The notes under the pieces: generated by a model
What the model saw: the letters and a program-made list of their open reading frames with translations, nothing else
What the model was told of the DNA's origin: nothing
Database searches by the model: none
Position numbers and translations under genes: made by a program
Origin: Monocercomonoides exilis PA203
Lineage: Eukaryota; Protista; Preaxostyla
Length of the DNA stretch: 64,000 bases
Assembly (NCBI GenBank): GCA_001643675.2
Contig: LSRY02000013.1
Span: 558,001-622,000, forward strand
Reading direction: 5' to 3'
Part shown: positions 26,118-40,600 of the stretch, one piece after another
Numbering within the stretch: the stretch's first letter is position 1
Layout: the number at the start of each line of letters is the position of its first letter

Positions 26118-29100
26118 ATGGAAAACACGAAAAAACTTGTGCGATCACCAGAAAACTCAAAGCACGTTGAGTATGCCTCTCATTGTTTGCAGGAATGATA
26201 TTTAACGAATGACCTTGTTGTTTTTATGCATAAACTGCAAATAATAGGCTTACGTCCACTTTAAAAGGGCTAACTTCTCAGCAAGCAACACAGCTCGTTG
26301 AAGTTCACGGATACAATGAAATTAAGAAGGAAAAACCAAAAAGCATTTTCCTTATTGTGATAGAAGCATTATTAGAACCAATGTTTATTATGCTTTTGGT
26401 GTGTCTGATCCTGTATTTTGTGCTCGGTGACTGGGGAGAAGGTTTGGTTTTCTGAGTGTGTGCAAACTGCATAGATGTATAAAAGCCAATTAGGATGGAT
26501 ATTATTCTTTTTATTTCATAAATTTTTAAATAAATATCTATTTTTTTTCAAATTTTATTAAAATTTGCAAAATATTTTTTCTTTAAATTTATTTTATAAA
26601 TAATTCATTAATGTTTTTATCTGATTTATATTTGTGGAGGAATTATGCTATCTGTATTTGTGTTTTTTGTTATTGGTCTTGAGGTGTATCAAGAAAAGAA
26701 AACTGAAAATGCTGTACATGCACTTCGGCAGCTATCTTCACCTCGTGCACTTGTTGTCCGTGATGGAATAACCACTCGAATACCTGGGAGGGAGGTAGTA
26801 CCTGGAGATTATGTGGTCCTTTATGAAGGAGATCGGGTTCCAGCAGACGGGGTTGTGCTAAAAGAGTGGAACTTGAGAGTGGATGAATCGCTTCTGACAG
26901 GCGAAAGCGTGGCTGTGAGTAAAGAAGTAGCAATAGAAAATAATTTGACAGAATTAATAAAGGAGATGGCAGCACCAGGTTCAGAAGAGGCAAACACTTG
27001 CGTATACTCTGGTACTCTGATTGTTGGGGGAAGTGGGGTTGTGGTTACGAAAGCGACCGGAATGAAGACGGAGCTTGGGAAGATTGGAAAGTCGCTGGAA
27101 AGCGTGGAAAGCGGAAAGACTCCGTTGGAACGAGAGATGGGGCGACTGGTTATTGTGATGCTCGGAATTGGGGTTGGGCTTTCTATCGCTGTGCTAATTG
27201 TGTACGGCCTGACGAGGAACGAAGATCAAGTGTGGGTGAATGCTGTTCTTGTGGCGGTTGCACTTGCGATGTCTCTGCTGCCAGAGGAGTTTCCAGTCGT
27301 GCGTTCGGTCTTTTTTGCGTTGGGGGCTTGGCGGATCTCGAAGAAGAATGTGCTGGCGAGGAAGAACAGGGCGATTGAGACGCTCGGTGCTGCATCGGTT
27401 CTGTGCAGTGACAAGACAGGCACACTGACACAGAACAAGATGGAGCTAGTGTGGCTATACATCCCTCGAGAAGATGCTGGCGCTGTTGCTGCATCTGAGG
27501 CTGAGGATGAGAATGAGGAAGAGGCAAGAAGCGAAAGCGTGTCTTCTTCAGAAATGAAGCGAACGCAAAAAAGAGTCATTTACAAAGTCCACCAAAGAAG
27601 CAAGGAAAATTTCGAAAAAGAAAAAGAAAATGGACGAGAAACAACAGCTCAGGGCATTTTGACTCAAATTGCAGATATTCCATCTCCGCAGAAATTGTCT
27701 GCTTCACACAACATTAATCTTGATGAGCCAGATGATTCTTTAAACAAATTACAAACTGATTCTTCTACAACAGTTACAACCATTCCTGAGCAACAGCCTG
27801 ATTCTATTTGTTTGCCATCTTCCTCTCATTCAGACTGTTCATATTCAAATGATGCGACATCTGAACAAACAATGGAGAATGCCGGACAAATTGCAGAGCA
27901 ACAGCAAATGGAATCTGAAACTAAAGAGGCAGCCGAAGCAGCCGTTGAGCCTTCTTTACAAACAACTATTGTCCAATCCGTTCTGAGGGAAACTTCACCA
28001 GAGAATTCCATTTCTAAAAATACTGAAACTTCTTTTTCACCGTCGAAGATGATGGAAGCTAGAGCAAAGGAATCATACGGGATACATTTGAATTTGGAAG
28101 AGCTTAAAGATGAGAGTGGAATTCCAGAGGCATATCACGAGCTTGTTGAATATGGAGTACTGGCATCTCAACAGGCTGCTTTTGACCCGATGGACAGCGC
28201 GATCAACAGTCTTGCAAAGAAATCAGCGGAGCTTGTGGAGCATCTGCATGAAGAGTGGGAGATGACACGAGAATATCCTCTTTCTAGGAAGATGCTGGCG
28301 GTTTCTCAGGTTTGGGTGAAGGTTCACTCAGAGTCGCTGGCAATTGCAGCGAAGGGAGCACCAGAAGCAATCGCGGATTTGTGTCATCTGCCAAAGGAGA
28401 TACAGGAAGAGGTGGGTAAAGCAGTGGAGGAGATGGCAAGACATGGACTGCGTGTGTTGGGTGTGGCCAGATCGGAGTTTGTTGTAGATGAAGACGGGGC
28501 TCTTCCAGAGGATCAGCACGATTTTGATTTTGAGTTCATGGGGCTTCTGGGATTTGTGGATCCGGTGAGAGAAGAAGTGGAGGAGTCGATAAAGGCGTGC
28601 CATGGAGCAGGTATAAAAGTTGTGATGATCACAGGAGATTATCCAGGAACGGCCATCAACATTGCACAGCGTGTGGGGATCCCTTCAGAAGAGGTTGTGC
28701 TGGGATCAGAACTGATGTTGCTGGAAGATGTGGAAGAGGAAGTTGAGAAAGAGGATAAAAAAGGAAAGAAAGTGATTGAAAAGAAAATAAGACAAAGGAC
28801 ACCCGAGGAGGAAGCGAGGAGAGCAGAAATTGCAGAGCGAGTGAAGCGGAGCTGTATCTTTGCGCGTGTTGTGCCTGAGCAGAAGCTGGCACTGGTGAAT
28901 GAGTTCAAACGACAAAGGAAGATAACAGTGATGACAGGAGACGGAGTGAACGATGCGCCTGCGTTGAAGTCTGCACATATTGGGATTGCAATGGGAGGGC
29001 AGCGGGGTACAGACGTGGCAAGGGAGGCTGCAGATCTTGTTCTTCTGGACGACTCCTTCTCATCCATTGTGCATGCATGCCGATTGGGAAGAAGAATTTA

Positions 29101-29827
29101 CACAAACATCAGCAAGGCAGTTATTTATATTATTTCTGTGCATATTCCGTTTGCAGGACTGGCTCTGTTTCCGATTATTTTTGGATGGCCTGTGTTGCTT
29201 CATCCAGTGCATATTGTGTTTTCAGAGATTCTGATTGATCCGGCATGTTCAGTTGTGTTTGAGATGGAACCAGAGGAGGAAGACGCCTTCAAGCAACCTC
29301 CACGATCTATTAACAAACATATAATGGGGATTCTGGACTACATAATTGCATTTGGGCAAGGACTGTCTATTCTCGCCTGCTGCCTTCTTCTCTTCTTCTT
29401 TAATTACACTTTCAACACTGATGCGAGAATGACAGAGCCTGTTTTGATTGGGATGGTATTTTGCTGCTTGTTAGTGTCAAATATGAGTATTATTGTGACC
29501 AACCGTTCAAAGAGGCATTCTGCATTGCACATGCTGCGGAGCAAAAACATGGGAGTGTTTGTAATTGTGCCTGTGGCGTTTATGACGATGATATTTTGCT
29601 TGTATGTTCCTGGGCTGCGATCGCTGTTCCACACAGACGTGATACCAGCTGGCTATCTCTTCGAGGCGATTGGGGCAGGACTGATCACGCCAGTGTGCTT
29701 TGAGCTTGTTAAGGCGCTTCTCCGATGCATCCACTCAAAACGTGACTCTGATGAAGCACAGGAAGAACACTCCAAAAGAAAAGAAGGAAAAAAAGATATC
29801 GAGATGGGCAGCATGACACAAGAGTAA
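26118..29827 (+). CDS. Cation-translocating P-type ATPase, prokaryote-like P2-related subfamily, about 1144 aa
   Basis: Exons 26118-26170, 26248-26441 and 26640-29827; the start is tentative. Motifs GLTS..A, DESLLTGES, PEEFP, CSDKTGTLT, KGAPE, MITGD and TGDGVNDAPALK, plus multiple hydrophobic TM segments. Confidence 0.93.
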
Positions 29828-30952
29828 CTTGAAGGAAAATGCGCTACAACAACTGTTGCAGCATCTCATTCATCAACAACAGAGCCAATATATGGAAATA
29901 AACAGATTAAATTCACAGAATCATCTTCTTTTTGATCATTCATTTTAATTTATGATAAAATAAACGAAATTTTCGAAGCTCTGATTATTGATGTGATGTT
30001 CTTTACAAACAATCTTTATTATTATAAGTTTTGTTATATTTTCTCTTGATTTGTCAATAGCAAGAATTTTGATAATTTTTTTTGAAGAATGTATTTTTTT
30101 AAATTCCGTACGTATATGTTTGGCGGAAGTGTTTAATTTATTGTGTTTGAAGATTTACAAATTCGTGGAAACATTTATTATTTTAATATTAAATAATTTT
30201 TCTTTCTTTCTTTCTTTCTTTCTTTCTTTTTTTTTTTTGAATGCTTTTGAAGCACTTGTGTTTGAATGTTGGAACAATTATTTTTAATTTATGTATTTTG
30301 ATATAATTCCTTAGTCTTCTTTTTTGCAAACGATTTTTTGACTTTGCTAAAAGCATGATTATTTTATTTTTATTTTGTCTTTTTTCCAAAAATTTATATA
30401 TTTTTTTTTTAAAAAAAAGGTAAAAAATATAACACCTTTTTTAAACGGATAAGAAATATGGGGAAAGAGGGTGCAAATGGGACAAAATTTTATGCTTTAA
30501 GAATATTGTTCCACCCAACATTTTTGAATATTTTTCCACATTCAACAATTTTTCTGAATAATTCCGGTTTGAATCCTTTCTCAAATTCTAGAATTCAAAT
30601 AATTTCCAAAAAGGTTGTTAAAAAAAAAAATAAAAATAAAAATAAAAATAAAAATAAAAAAAAACCATACCTGATAAAAATGTGAAAAAATTGTTTATTC
30701 TCCTGGGAAACTGAATCTGGACCCAAAGCCTGCAAGTTATTGCAATAATCGTTCAATTAAAGCAATAACAGGATGGATTCAGTCTTGTCCTCAATTTGGA
30801 TTCCAAATTTCATCGGATAAGCAAGAATAAACTAATTCTTTCACAACTCAAGATTCAACGATTGAAAAAAAAAAAATTAAAAAATCGAAAATTTAACTAA
30901 AATAACAAAAGAGTTCTGAAAAAAAGCATACCTGCCAGTTTCTGTAAATTTC

Positions 30953-33221
30953 TTAAAAAATCAATGAAGAAAAAGTATTTATTAACTCTAATCTTTTTTC
31001 CAGAACATTTCTAACCCTTTTCTTTAAATATAAACTTTCATTTTCTTCAAATTCATTGTTATTTTCAATCTCTCTTTTATAAACTTTTCTTTTCTTCTCG
31101 TCCAAATTCATTTCAATTTTAAATGATAACTCTTTCATACAAACCTTTTCGTTGCAACTCAGCGGCGATGCAAGCACTTTGAAGCCATTCGATTCGAAAA
31201 ATAAGTATTGTTTCATTCCATTAATAATTAATTTATTCCAACATTTATTCGGTAACTCTTCATGCCTAGAAAATGAAAAAGAAAACATTTTAGAAAAAAG
31301 TTCAATTAAAATCATTAGGAAAAAAAAATAAATATTAAAGATCAAACATCAAAAAGAAGTGCTTTGTCTTGTTCTGTTTTTCTTTCTGCTCGCTTGAATC
31401 TGAAACTTCATCCATTCGCCCTATAGAATTATTATCAGATATATCAGATATAAAAGAAGAGACAAAAATTGGAGAATTAGAATCATGAACACCAAAAAGA
31501 TAAGAATTACACTGTGAGCAAAAAAAATCTATTAGATCGTACACATTATTTAAAGTACGATCTCCTAGATTATTGTTCAATAACTGTGTTAAATAACCAA
31601 ATTCACTGTCACAATCATTCTTACCATGGTGTTCGGCAAAGAATGAAAGTGAGCAGTGTTTATTTAAAAACAATAAAGAATTAGGAGAAAATAGTGAATG
31701 AAAAATTTGTGAATTACGAAAATGAGGACCATTATCACAGAAAAAATGAAAAGAAAAAATATTCGAAAAAATATCGAAACGTAATAACTTATTCAAACAC
31801 TCCAAAACAAAACGATAATCATGAGATAAAATTTCAGAAAAAAAATTGAAACAACATTTTTGTAAAGCTCCAAAACAATCAACATAATAAACAACAAAAC
31901 ATAAATGAGAGATTTGTTTTTTATTAAAGAAAGATTTACCAGTTTCATTATTTGAAATTGGCAAGCTCCAATTTTCTTTAAAATCCATGATAATAATCAC
32001 TTCATCTTTTTTCAGCTTTTCTTTCTTTTCATAAAAATAATTTCTTTGATGTTGGGCCATTTTTTTATGCTGAATTATTAAATTCAATTCATCATTTTCT
32101 TTTTGGCCTATTTCTTTTCCGTTTCTTTCTGTTTCTAATTTTTTCTTTTCTAAATGTTTTCCTCTTTCACAGATTTCACACAAATCTGTTCTTTTCTTTG
32201 ATTTTATAAAATTTCTTGTTTTTTTGCAAAATGTCGAATACGACATTTTGACATCAATTTCTTTATTCATGTTTTCAAATAATTCTTTTTTCGTTTTATC
32301 AATAATTCTCCTTTCATTTAAAGAAAATATTCTTTTTGAAAGAAAATTACTATTTTCGTTTTCTTCTTTTTCAACATTTGCTTTTTCACAAACCTTTTGA
32401 ATACCAGAATGCGATTGAACGAAGCAGGTGTTTTCATTATTGGAAGAAGACGTGAAAGTGATGTGATTATGTATTTTTTGAATTTGAATTTCTTTTTTTT
32501 GATTGTTTTTGTAATTATTATTTATTTTTCTGTTGATATTGTTGAATTTCGATTCATTAATTATTTTTTTTTTATCTTTGTTATTTTCGAAAGAGTTGGA
32601 GTGTTGAAGAACTCCATGCTCCAAGAAATGCTCAGATGAAGAAGTATTTTCTTTCTCACTCCGCTCGCTTTGGATAATTCCGATCGGCGAATCATCTCCT
32701 CCAATTAATTGAGGCTGTGGATGAATGGAAGAAGCAGCAGGAGCCATTTTTGAACGGTTTAATCCTTTTATAGATTGATAATTTGTTGAAAAAAAATCAT
32801 AATTATCAAAAGATGAAACAAATTATAATTATTTCCGAAAAATAAACCTTTTTTTCGCTGTCTTCCATTTTCGCAACTGGCAGAGCTGTTTTTTACCAGC
32901 CATTCTTCTATCTTTTCAAATTGTTCTTTTTCTAGATATTAATATGTCAAAACAAAACACAAAAACATAATTAAAGAAATTTTGCACACTTTTTTCATTA
33001 ACTTTTTTTTTTCTCTCCATGTCTGCCAGGGACTCATTTCTTTTATTGGCTTGCTTATTTTTTGAGTAATAATATTCATTTTTTGTTACCAGCCAGCCAT
33101 TCTCTCTGAGTTCTGTAAGTTGAATTTCAGAAGAAATCGCAGAGAGAAGAGAAACTCTATCGTTTCGACCAAGCAAAGCGTAGAGTTGAGACAGATTTTT
33201 CAAAATATTTCTTAACTTGTC
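30953..33221 (-). mobile_element. Spliced DDD transposase gene, Sola-like (best guess Sola2); gene ends uncertain
   Basis: The main exon (ORF 31335-32747) has DLCEICE..H..A..QR followed by IIMDFKENW, LSHD, FFCDNGPHFRN and FFAEHHGKNDCDSEFG, a three-Asp RNase H-fold signature. Flanking exons at about 33221-32990 and 31266-30953 join through GT-AG introns. Confidence 0.72.
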
Positions 33222-34169
33222 TGAAATGAGTAATAATATACGTTAATCAGTTTCTGTAATTTTTTTAATTGCAATGGGTTAAATAAATGGAAAATTTACG
33301 AAAAATTATAAAATATAAAAAAATTGATTATTATCAATGAAAATTGTGAAAAAATATGGAAAACAAGGATATGGAAAAAATCGTAATTCAATTACAAAAA
33401 TCATGTATTTTTTAACATTAAAGTATCAATGAAATAAAGATAAAAATTTATTAACTGCAAAAAATTTTTTAAAATTTCAACTGTTGAATAATAATGACTT
33501 GAAAGAATAATGAGTTAAATAAAGAATTCAAAAATATTGATTGATGATCATAGAAAAAAAGTTTAAAGAAGAAAATAACACAACAACAAATTTGCTCACA
33601 ATTCCCCATTGCAATTAAAAAAATTAACAGAAAACATAATTAACAGTAAATTAATACACAAAGTATTAACATCTTTTGAATAAAAGTTTTGAGCAAACCT
33701 TTCAAATGAGTCTCAATTTTTGATTGGTAGGGTTTTCCTTTTTCACTGTGAAATAAAAATGAAAACAAACACCCTTCAGCATCCACAGGAGCAATTTGAC
33801 GAAGATAATCGTCAATTTGACTCGCGTGGCGACTTTTCGTCGACCGCGCTTTTTCAGCATAACAATTCATTATTATTTGGATTAGCAATTAATCATGGGA
33901 TTAAAGAAACGAATAAAGGGTATCAGATATCAAACAAAATGTGCCAAAATCAAATCATAAGTTTTTTTTAAGGAAATAATTGATTCAGTCAAATGGTTTT
34001 AAAATACAAAAATTGATAAAATAATGAACATTTTCTGATTTTTATCTTTTCAAAACAGTAGAGAATCTGTAAGACATCCAATAAAAGCAGTATTTATATA
34101 AGAATGTGAAGCATTGTCAAGTCAAAAGAGACAATAGTGACTCAAAATTGTTCGCTTCACTTGTTATTG

Positions 34170-36850
34170 TGGATATTAAAACAAAATCTTAAACATTGAT
34201 AGAATTAAAAGCAATTGCTTTTTCTTTTCATTTCTCATACTCGGAAACCTGAAAGGGCCCATGTTAAATAGAAAAATACGAGCATATGTTTCTTTCATCA
34301 TTCCAAATGTGACTGAAAGAATAATTTGTTCCATCAAAAGCTGCAATTTTGTAACTGTAATGGACATTAAGAAAGACGATGAGAGACATTTCATTTTGTT
34401 CAGAGTTTTGAGAAAGTGAAACTGAGTAGCTTTTCTTTCTCCTTTTCTCACTTTTCTTCTTTAACATTCTCTTCAAATGAAATGCGCTCATTTTCTTTCT
34501 CTTAGAGCAGTGCTTCGTTCGAATTGTCTTCTTTGCATTTCTCTTCATCTTCCTCGTTTGCTGTCATTCATCCTGCTACCGAACAACCGTCTTCAAAAAT
34601 TCATAGATCTCTATTTCCTTTTGTTTTCTCTTTCTCATTCTCTTATTGTCTCCATCTTCTTCTCATCCATGCCTTTCCTCAGACGATTCTTTCATACCAT
34701 GAAATTGTTATTCGCAAATAAGTAGTTTGTATTCCACAGCACAACCACTCCATCAGGCGAAGAAATGAATTCCCCGTTGCATTTTGCTCTTCCCAGAAGT
34801 TGCTGAAGCTTTTCTTCTCTTTCTTCTTCTATTTGTCCATCAAAAGTATTTGCCGCTTAAACAGTTTCTTTTTCTATCTCTCTTCCTCATTTCCTTCTCT
34901 ATTTTCAACCTTCTCACTTTATCTTTGGTATTTCATTTTATAAGATGCATTTGCATAATTTGAAGAGTTTCTACTGATATTGCATTCCAATCTCATCCAA
35001 TTTAATTTCTTTTCTGCTATATCAAAATGTTATTTCACAATTTTTGAAGCGTTGAGTAGCATCGATGCTTCATCAAATACTGTATCTGTCTGAACACACT
35101 TCTGTGACTTAATATCTAATATCCTTTGAGTTCTATCCAAAGAGAAAGTGACCAGATAATTTTTGCACCAACCTCGCTATGGCTCTTCAACTCTCCAAGA
35201 ATATGGAAAGAATTAATATTCTATTGAAGAATCCTGTCACAAAATCCGTTTGTTGCCTGTTGATGAGCTTTCTGCAGTAACACCTCTCAAAACACATATC
35301 ATCTGAAATTGAGGAGGAGAGAATGGTGAATGAGGCTATTGAAAGTTAAGAAGGCAGAAACCGCTTTGTGCGGCTTGCTTGTTTTGTTGTGCATTGCGTT
35401 CTGCTTATGAAGCGCTGTGCAACGTAATCATCTTTGCATTCGTTTCATTGGATGTTTTTTTCTCTAATTTAATTGCCATCATTTGCTCTTGATTACTTCG
35501 AATACATTATTCAACAGTGACCTTACAGTGGAGTAATGAGATGTTATGTTCATATAATTCATCTCTTTCAAACAATCCATTCATGAGATGGATTGGAAGG
35601 CGCGCAATGAAAAATTCCTCTGTTTGCATGCACACATATGTCAGAATGTAAGCAGTTTTGATAAGAAGAAGAAGAAGAAGAAGGAAAACAAAAAGAGTGA
35701 GAAGGAGAAGAATGAGAAGAAGAAGATTCGACAGAAGCGATAAAAGAGATAGAAGACTCACTTAAATTGGATTTATCTGTGTTGGCTGAAGAGATAAAAG
35801 AGGAAGAGGAAGAAGAAGGAGAAGGAGAATGAGAAGAAGAAGAAGAGGAGGAGGAGGAAGAGGAAGAGGAAGAAGAAAAAGAAGATGAACAAGTTTTTGG
35901 GAGAGGAGGAAGAGAAATATTGTTTTCAAGTTGAAAAGGAGTAGAAAATAATCTGTTTGAAACTTTTGGATGAGAAGAAAGAGAAGAAGAAGAAGAAGAC
36001 AAAGAAGACAAAAAAAAAAAAAAAAAAAAAAAAGAAGAAGAAGAAGAAGAAGAAGAAGAAGAAGAAGAAGAAGGAGGAGGAGGAGGAGCAAGAAGAAGAA
36101 GATAATGGTAATGATAAAAAAAGTTGGCAAAATATGTGGTGCAGAAGCATATACAGTTCCAAAAATCTTCTTTTTTTCCGTTTTTTGCTGAGCTTTCTTT
36201 TCAGTTATATGCTTTGTCACACTCATGTTCAGAAATGGGTGATGCACTTCCTTTTCGGCACTCAAGAGTATATGCGAGTTGAGAATGTGGAATCAGTCAG
36301 CGAGCGATGATAGGTCGCTCAGCAGTACTCGGCTTCTCATTTCGGACAACTCGCTTCTGCGAATGCGTTCGCTTCACACCCAGTTGATAGAACAGAGGAA
36401 AACACCACGTTATCAAACAGCATTTTGTGAATTTGTATCAATCTGTACGAAAAGATAATCACCTTTTTTGTCTTCACTTTGGCAACTGGAACAATTAATA
36501 TGCTCAATAACTTCTCAGTTTTGTCAATGCATCTGTTAGCCTGATACTCGCAGCTTTCTCTCCTCAGCTTACACTGTTATTCTCACTTTGAATGTTGAAT
36601 CAGCTTCAGCATCTCTTTGTTTGTCGTCCCAGGAAACAGAACTCACCCTTTCGCCAGCGCAAATGTCACACGTCACACGTCCAAATGTCTGCCTTCTGTC
36701 TCATTGCCAAGCTTGGAATTTCTTCCACGTGCATATCAAAAAGAGACGCCAGATGCGGAGCCCGTATCTCTTCTCCTTCTAAGATGGATATTACGGAGAC
36801 AAATTTACACAAGAAAATGAGGGAAAATCTCCGTTTCAGATTCCACTTGT
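34170..36850 (-). pseudogene. Degenerate coding-like tract with stops and low-complexity runs; identity unknown
   Basis: Codon-like composition with only short, interrupted minus-strand frames. One possible zinc-finger relic (WTCDV*HLRWRKGEFC) lies near 36620-36690. Confidence 0.3.
35660..36105. repeat. (GAA)n/(GAG)n trinucleotide tracts and a poly-A run
   Basis: Directly visible, e.g. 35800-35885 and 36010-36101. Confidence 0.9.
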
Positions 36851-37681
36851 GTCAATTTCGAAATTGATATCGAATTAACAAAAAAGAGAGAAGAAGATAG
36901 AGTAACTATTGAAGAATGAGATTTAGCCTGATTTCTTAAAATTGAACTAATCAATGCTTTGCAAGATTCATATGTCCGAATGAATATTTCTAACTTTGCA
37001 CGTGCGAAATGTCCAATGCAAAACATCTATGTTTTCTCTTTCTGAAGCAATCGATCTCAGCCGTCGGCTTTCTCTCTCCTAAAACATCGCGAAATGTTAG
37101 CGGTTGGTCTTCAAAAACGGTCCTTAAATGATTAATGCGATATAAATGCTCAATGCAATATTTTGTCCTTATTTTTCATTCAGCTCATAAGGTTATTTCT
37201 TCTTTCTTCTTTATTATCTTTCGTAACTTCTTTTTCTTTTTCATATATCATCAATAATGATAGAATTCTATGCTCCTCAAGAGTGTATGTTCGTCTTTTG
37301 ATGTCCTTTTGAATGATTCATTTTTCATCAATGTTAGTCATAACAGTGTTCACAATTTCACAGATAATTACTAACTTTCATCAGCAGTAAAAACAATTCA
37401 ATTTCGTTTGTTTCCTTTCTCTTCGTATTATTTTAATAATGCTGTGATCCTTATCGCTCCTTTCTTAAATGCTCTCCTATTATTTCCACAAATATGATGT
37501 TCGTTCATAAAACTCGAATAATATTTTAATTATGGATAACACAAAAATACTTTTATTGCATTATAATGTAACATTCATTGTGATATATAAGTGGAAGAAG
37601 TTTGGAACAAAACACGGAATTTTTCGTAAATGGAAAAATTTTGCCCCAAATTCTGTTTATATTGATTAATATTTTTTTTCA

Positions 37682-40600
37682 ATGCTCATTTTCTTAATTC
37701 TCTTATCGCATTGTTGGTGTGGTTTTCCAACAATGAAAGCCATTCACAATTTGTGTTTTGAAGAACGAAATAATTCAAAAAGTAATTTGTTTCAGATTAA
37801 ACTGTCAAGTCGTTTTGCTGGAACTTCAATAGACATAAAACCACACACTTGTGTTTATTCCAGCACGAACTTGAAAAACTCTTCTCTTATATTATCTTTA
37901 ATCACAATTTTCAAATCGGATTCAACTTATTCACTGTTCATTGGAAGTTCATCTTGCATCGAAATCGATGACTGTCATTTTCGTTTTGCAAATTGTTCAG
38001 ATGCATCTTTTATTAAATGTGAAAGTGTTGCCATTTTGAAAAATCTGTCAATTCTTGTGCCACACAGTCATTTCATTATCTCCTCTTTAATTGAATCCAC
38101 TTACTCATCCGAAATAACACTTGAACATTCAACAATTTCTGATATAGCTTTCATCAAAGATGAACCAGTTCTTTGTAAAGGAAGCTGTTTCACTCAAATG
38201 CTTGATTATTGCATTTTGACAAATATATCCATCGATCCTGTATCATTTCTATCAAAAGCTGAAATAAATCATTCAACAAACAGTTTGCTCGACAACTGCA
38301 TGATCAAATCATATGAAAGCTGCACAAGCGATGATGTATTTCTCCTTTCCGAACATCCACTGAATTTTTTTGCTTTCAATTCTTCTTTTGAAAAGAATCA
38401 TCGCTCTTCAAATAGGTTTGGCAATACCAAAAGAGCAACAATTCATGAATCAGCAACATATTCGCAGTGTGAATGGAGAGAATGCAATGCTGCTGATGGA
38501 GGAGCTATTAGCATCAGCGACAACACAGAGGCTTCACTCTCGATTACGGATTCTTTATTCTTTAACTGTTCATCCTCAAACCATGGTGGAGCAATGTATG
38601 CATCAGCAATAAAATCAATTTCGATAAAAGGCTGTATTTTTGATTCATGTTTTGCTGGAATGATTGGTAATTATTATGGTGGAGGTATTTATTGTTTGGG
38701 CATATTGTCAAGTCTTTTCGATGATTTAAAATTTCATAATTGCCAAGCTGGTAATGACGGAGGTGGTATAAGACTGATATCAACTTTTCCAGGGGATGGT
38801 CCAGGCTTGCTGAATTCAGTGTTTTCGCGTTGTAACAGTAATTCATCACTGGATTCCACAGGAGGAGCTTTTTATCAAGGAACGTCAACAATCCAATTTT
38901 CAATAAGTAACTGTGCATTTATCGAATGCCACTCTGAAAAAAGTGCAGGAGCGGTAATGTTTCATATTGATTCAAATTGTAATTGGATTCTTGTTATGTT
39001 TTGCTTTTTTCATAAAAACACAGTGAAATATGCTGGTATTGATATTGTATTAGACAGTTCCACAATAAATAACATTCATAAATCATGTGTAACAACAACT
39101 GATTCCAATACCGTCAGTCTGAAATGGAACAGTTTGATAGATAAAAGTGATTGGCTTCCAAACACAGGAGGAAAATGCAGATTTGTCTCCTCGAAGGAGA
39201 ATCAAGCAAATGCAAAAGATACATTCAGCTGTGGATTGAATGAATCGTGTGCATGCCTCACAATCAGCCATTGTCTTTCCCAAATGATTGTGGGATTTGT
39301 GGAGGTAATAAGTGTGCTTCCAGGAACTGTTGTTGAAGTGAAAGGAGTTGGAATTAGTGATGGAGCAATAACCATTCTTGGCTCTTCATCTTCAGGATCA
39401 TTCATCAATACGAGATTCAAAGAAGGTGATGCAACTCTATTTGCAGTTGAGGGAGGCTCAGGGAGCATTCATGATTTGAGTATCATTCATGATACAGAAG
39501 ATGCTGCTGGCAGAAGTGCCAGATTATTCAAAATACAAGGGAGTGGAAAATGCAAACTGTCAAATCTGAATATCTCAATGAATTCTGCTCATAGCAAAGG
39601 CAATTACTTGCTCAATTCGCTTGTGTCACTTGACGGCGGAGAACTGAAAATGCAAGATGTGAAGTGGGATAGGATTTTCAGTGATACATGCCTGATTTCA
39701 CTTTCACAGAGTGCAGCAACTTTGTTTCTACTGAACAATTGCACTTTTATCGATATCATTCGAGTATCGGATGGATGCTCTCTTGTGAGCACCAACAGTA
39801 ATCTGCCTGATTTGACAATAAAAGCGTGCACAATTGTCAGGTGCGGAAGCGCGGAATCAGAAAAAGGTGGAGCATTAGATTTGAAAGTTGACGCTTCCGG
39901 GTGTCTGAAGGTTGAAGATGGAGAAATTCGCAATTGCTTTGCCTCGACAGTCACTGGAAGAGGTGGCGGAATGTTTTTGACTGTGACAGATGAAAGTGCG
40001 GAATATTCAATCACCACCTTGTTCACAGATAACGAAGCCAGATGGGGGAGTGACATATTTGTGGATTCTGTCAATCTGGAATGCACGGCAACAGGAAGGA
40101 AAATCTCATCTGTGACTGAATCGAATGCAACGATCAACACAATTCGAGGGTTTGATGGAGGAGATGAAAGAGTCAGAATCCCGCTGTGCGTGTATCTGAT
40201 TCCATCACCAGACGAGCTTGTTGTGAGCGACAAGGATAGCTTTGATCACTTGCACTGTGGATTTGTTGAATTTCCTTGCTTGACATTGAAGCACACATTG
40301 GAGAGACAAGAAGGAGAGAGAAAGGTGTGCGTAAATGGGATAATAAGCATGACAGATGAAATAGAATTGGAAGCTTCTAAATACGCAATCAGAGGACAAG
40401 CCGAAGGAAGTGGATGGACTGTTGGGGAAGATGCTAATGGGCTGGAACTATTATTGGTAAAGATCAAAGCAGACACTCTTTTGAGTCAGTTATTGTTTGC
40501 TTTACCCTCAGAAATGCAGCAGCATAATACTCTTATTTCTGTGCAATCCGCAGCAAAATTGACAATGGAGGAATGCTCTGCTTCAATGAAAAACACAGGC

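Noticed and set aside
37604-37647. Resemblance to both ends of the GGGG...CCCC MITE just upstream of receptor copy A
   Set aside because: Matches are too short and AT-rich to distinguish from chance.
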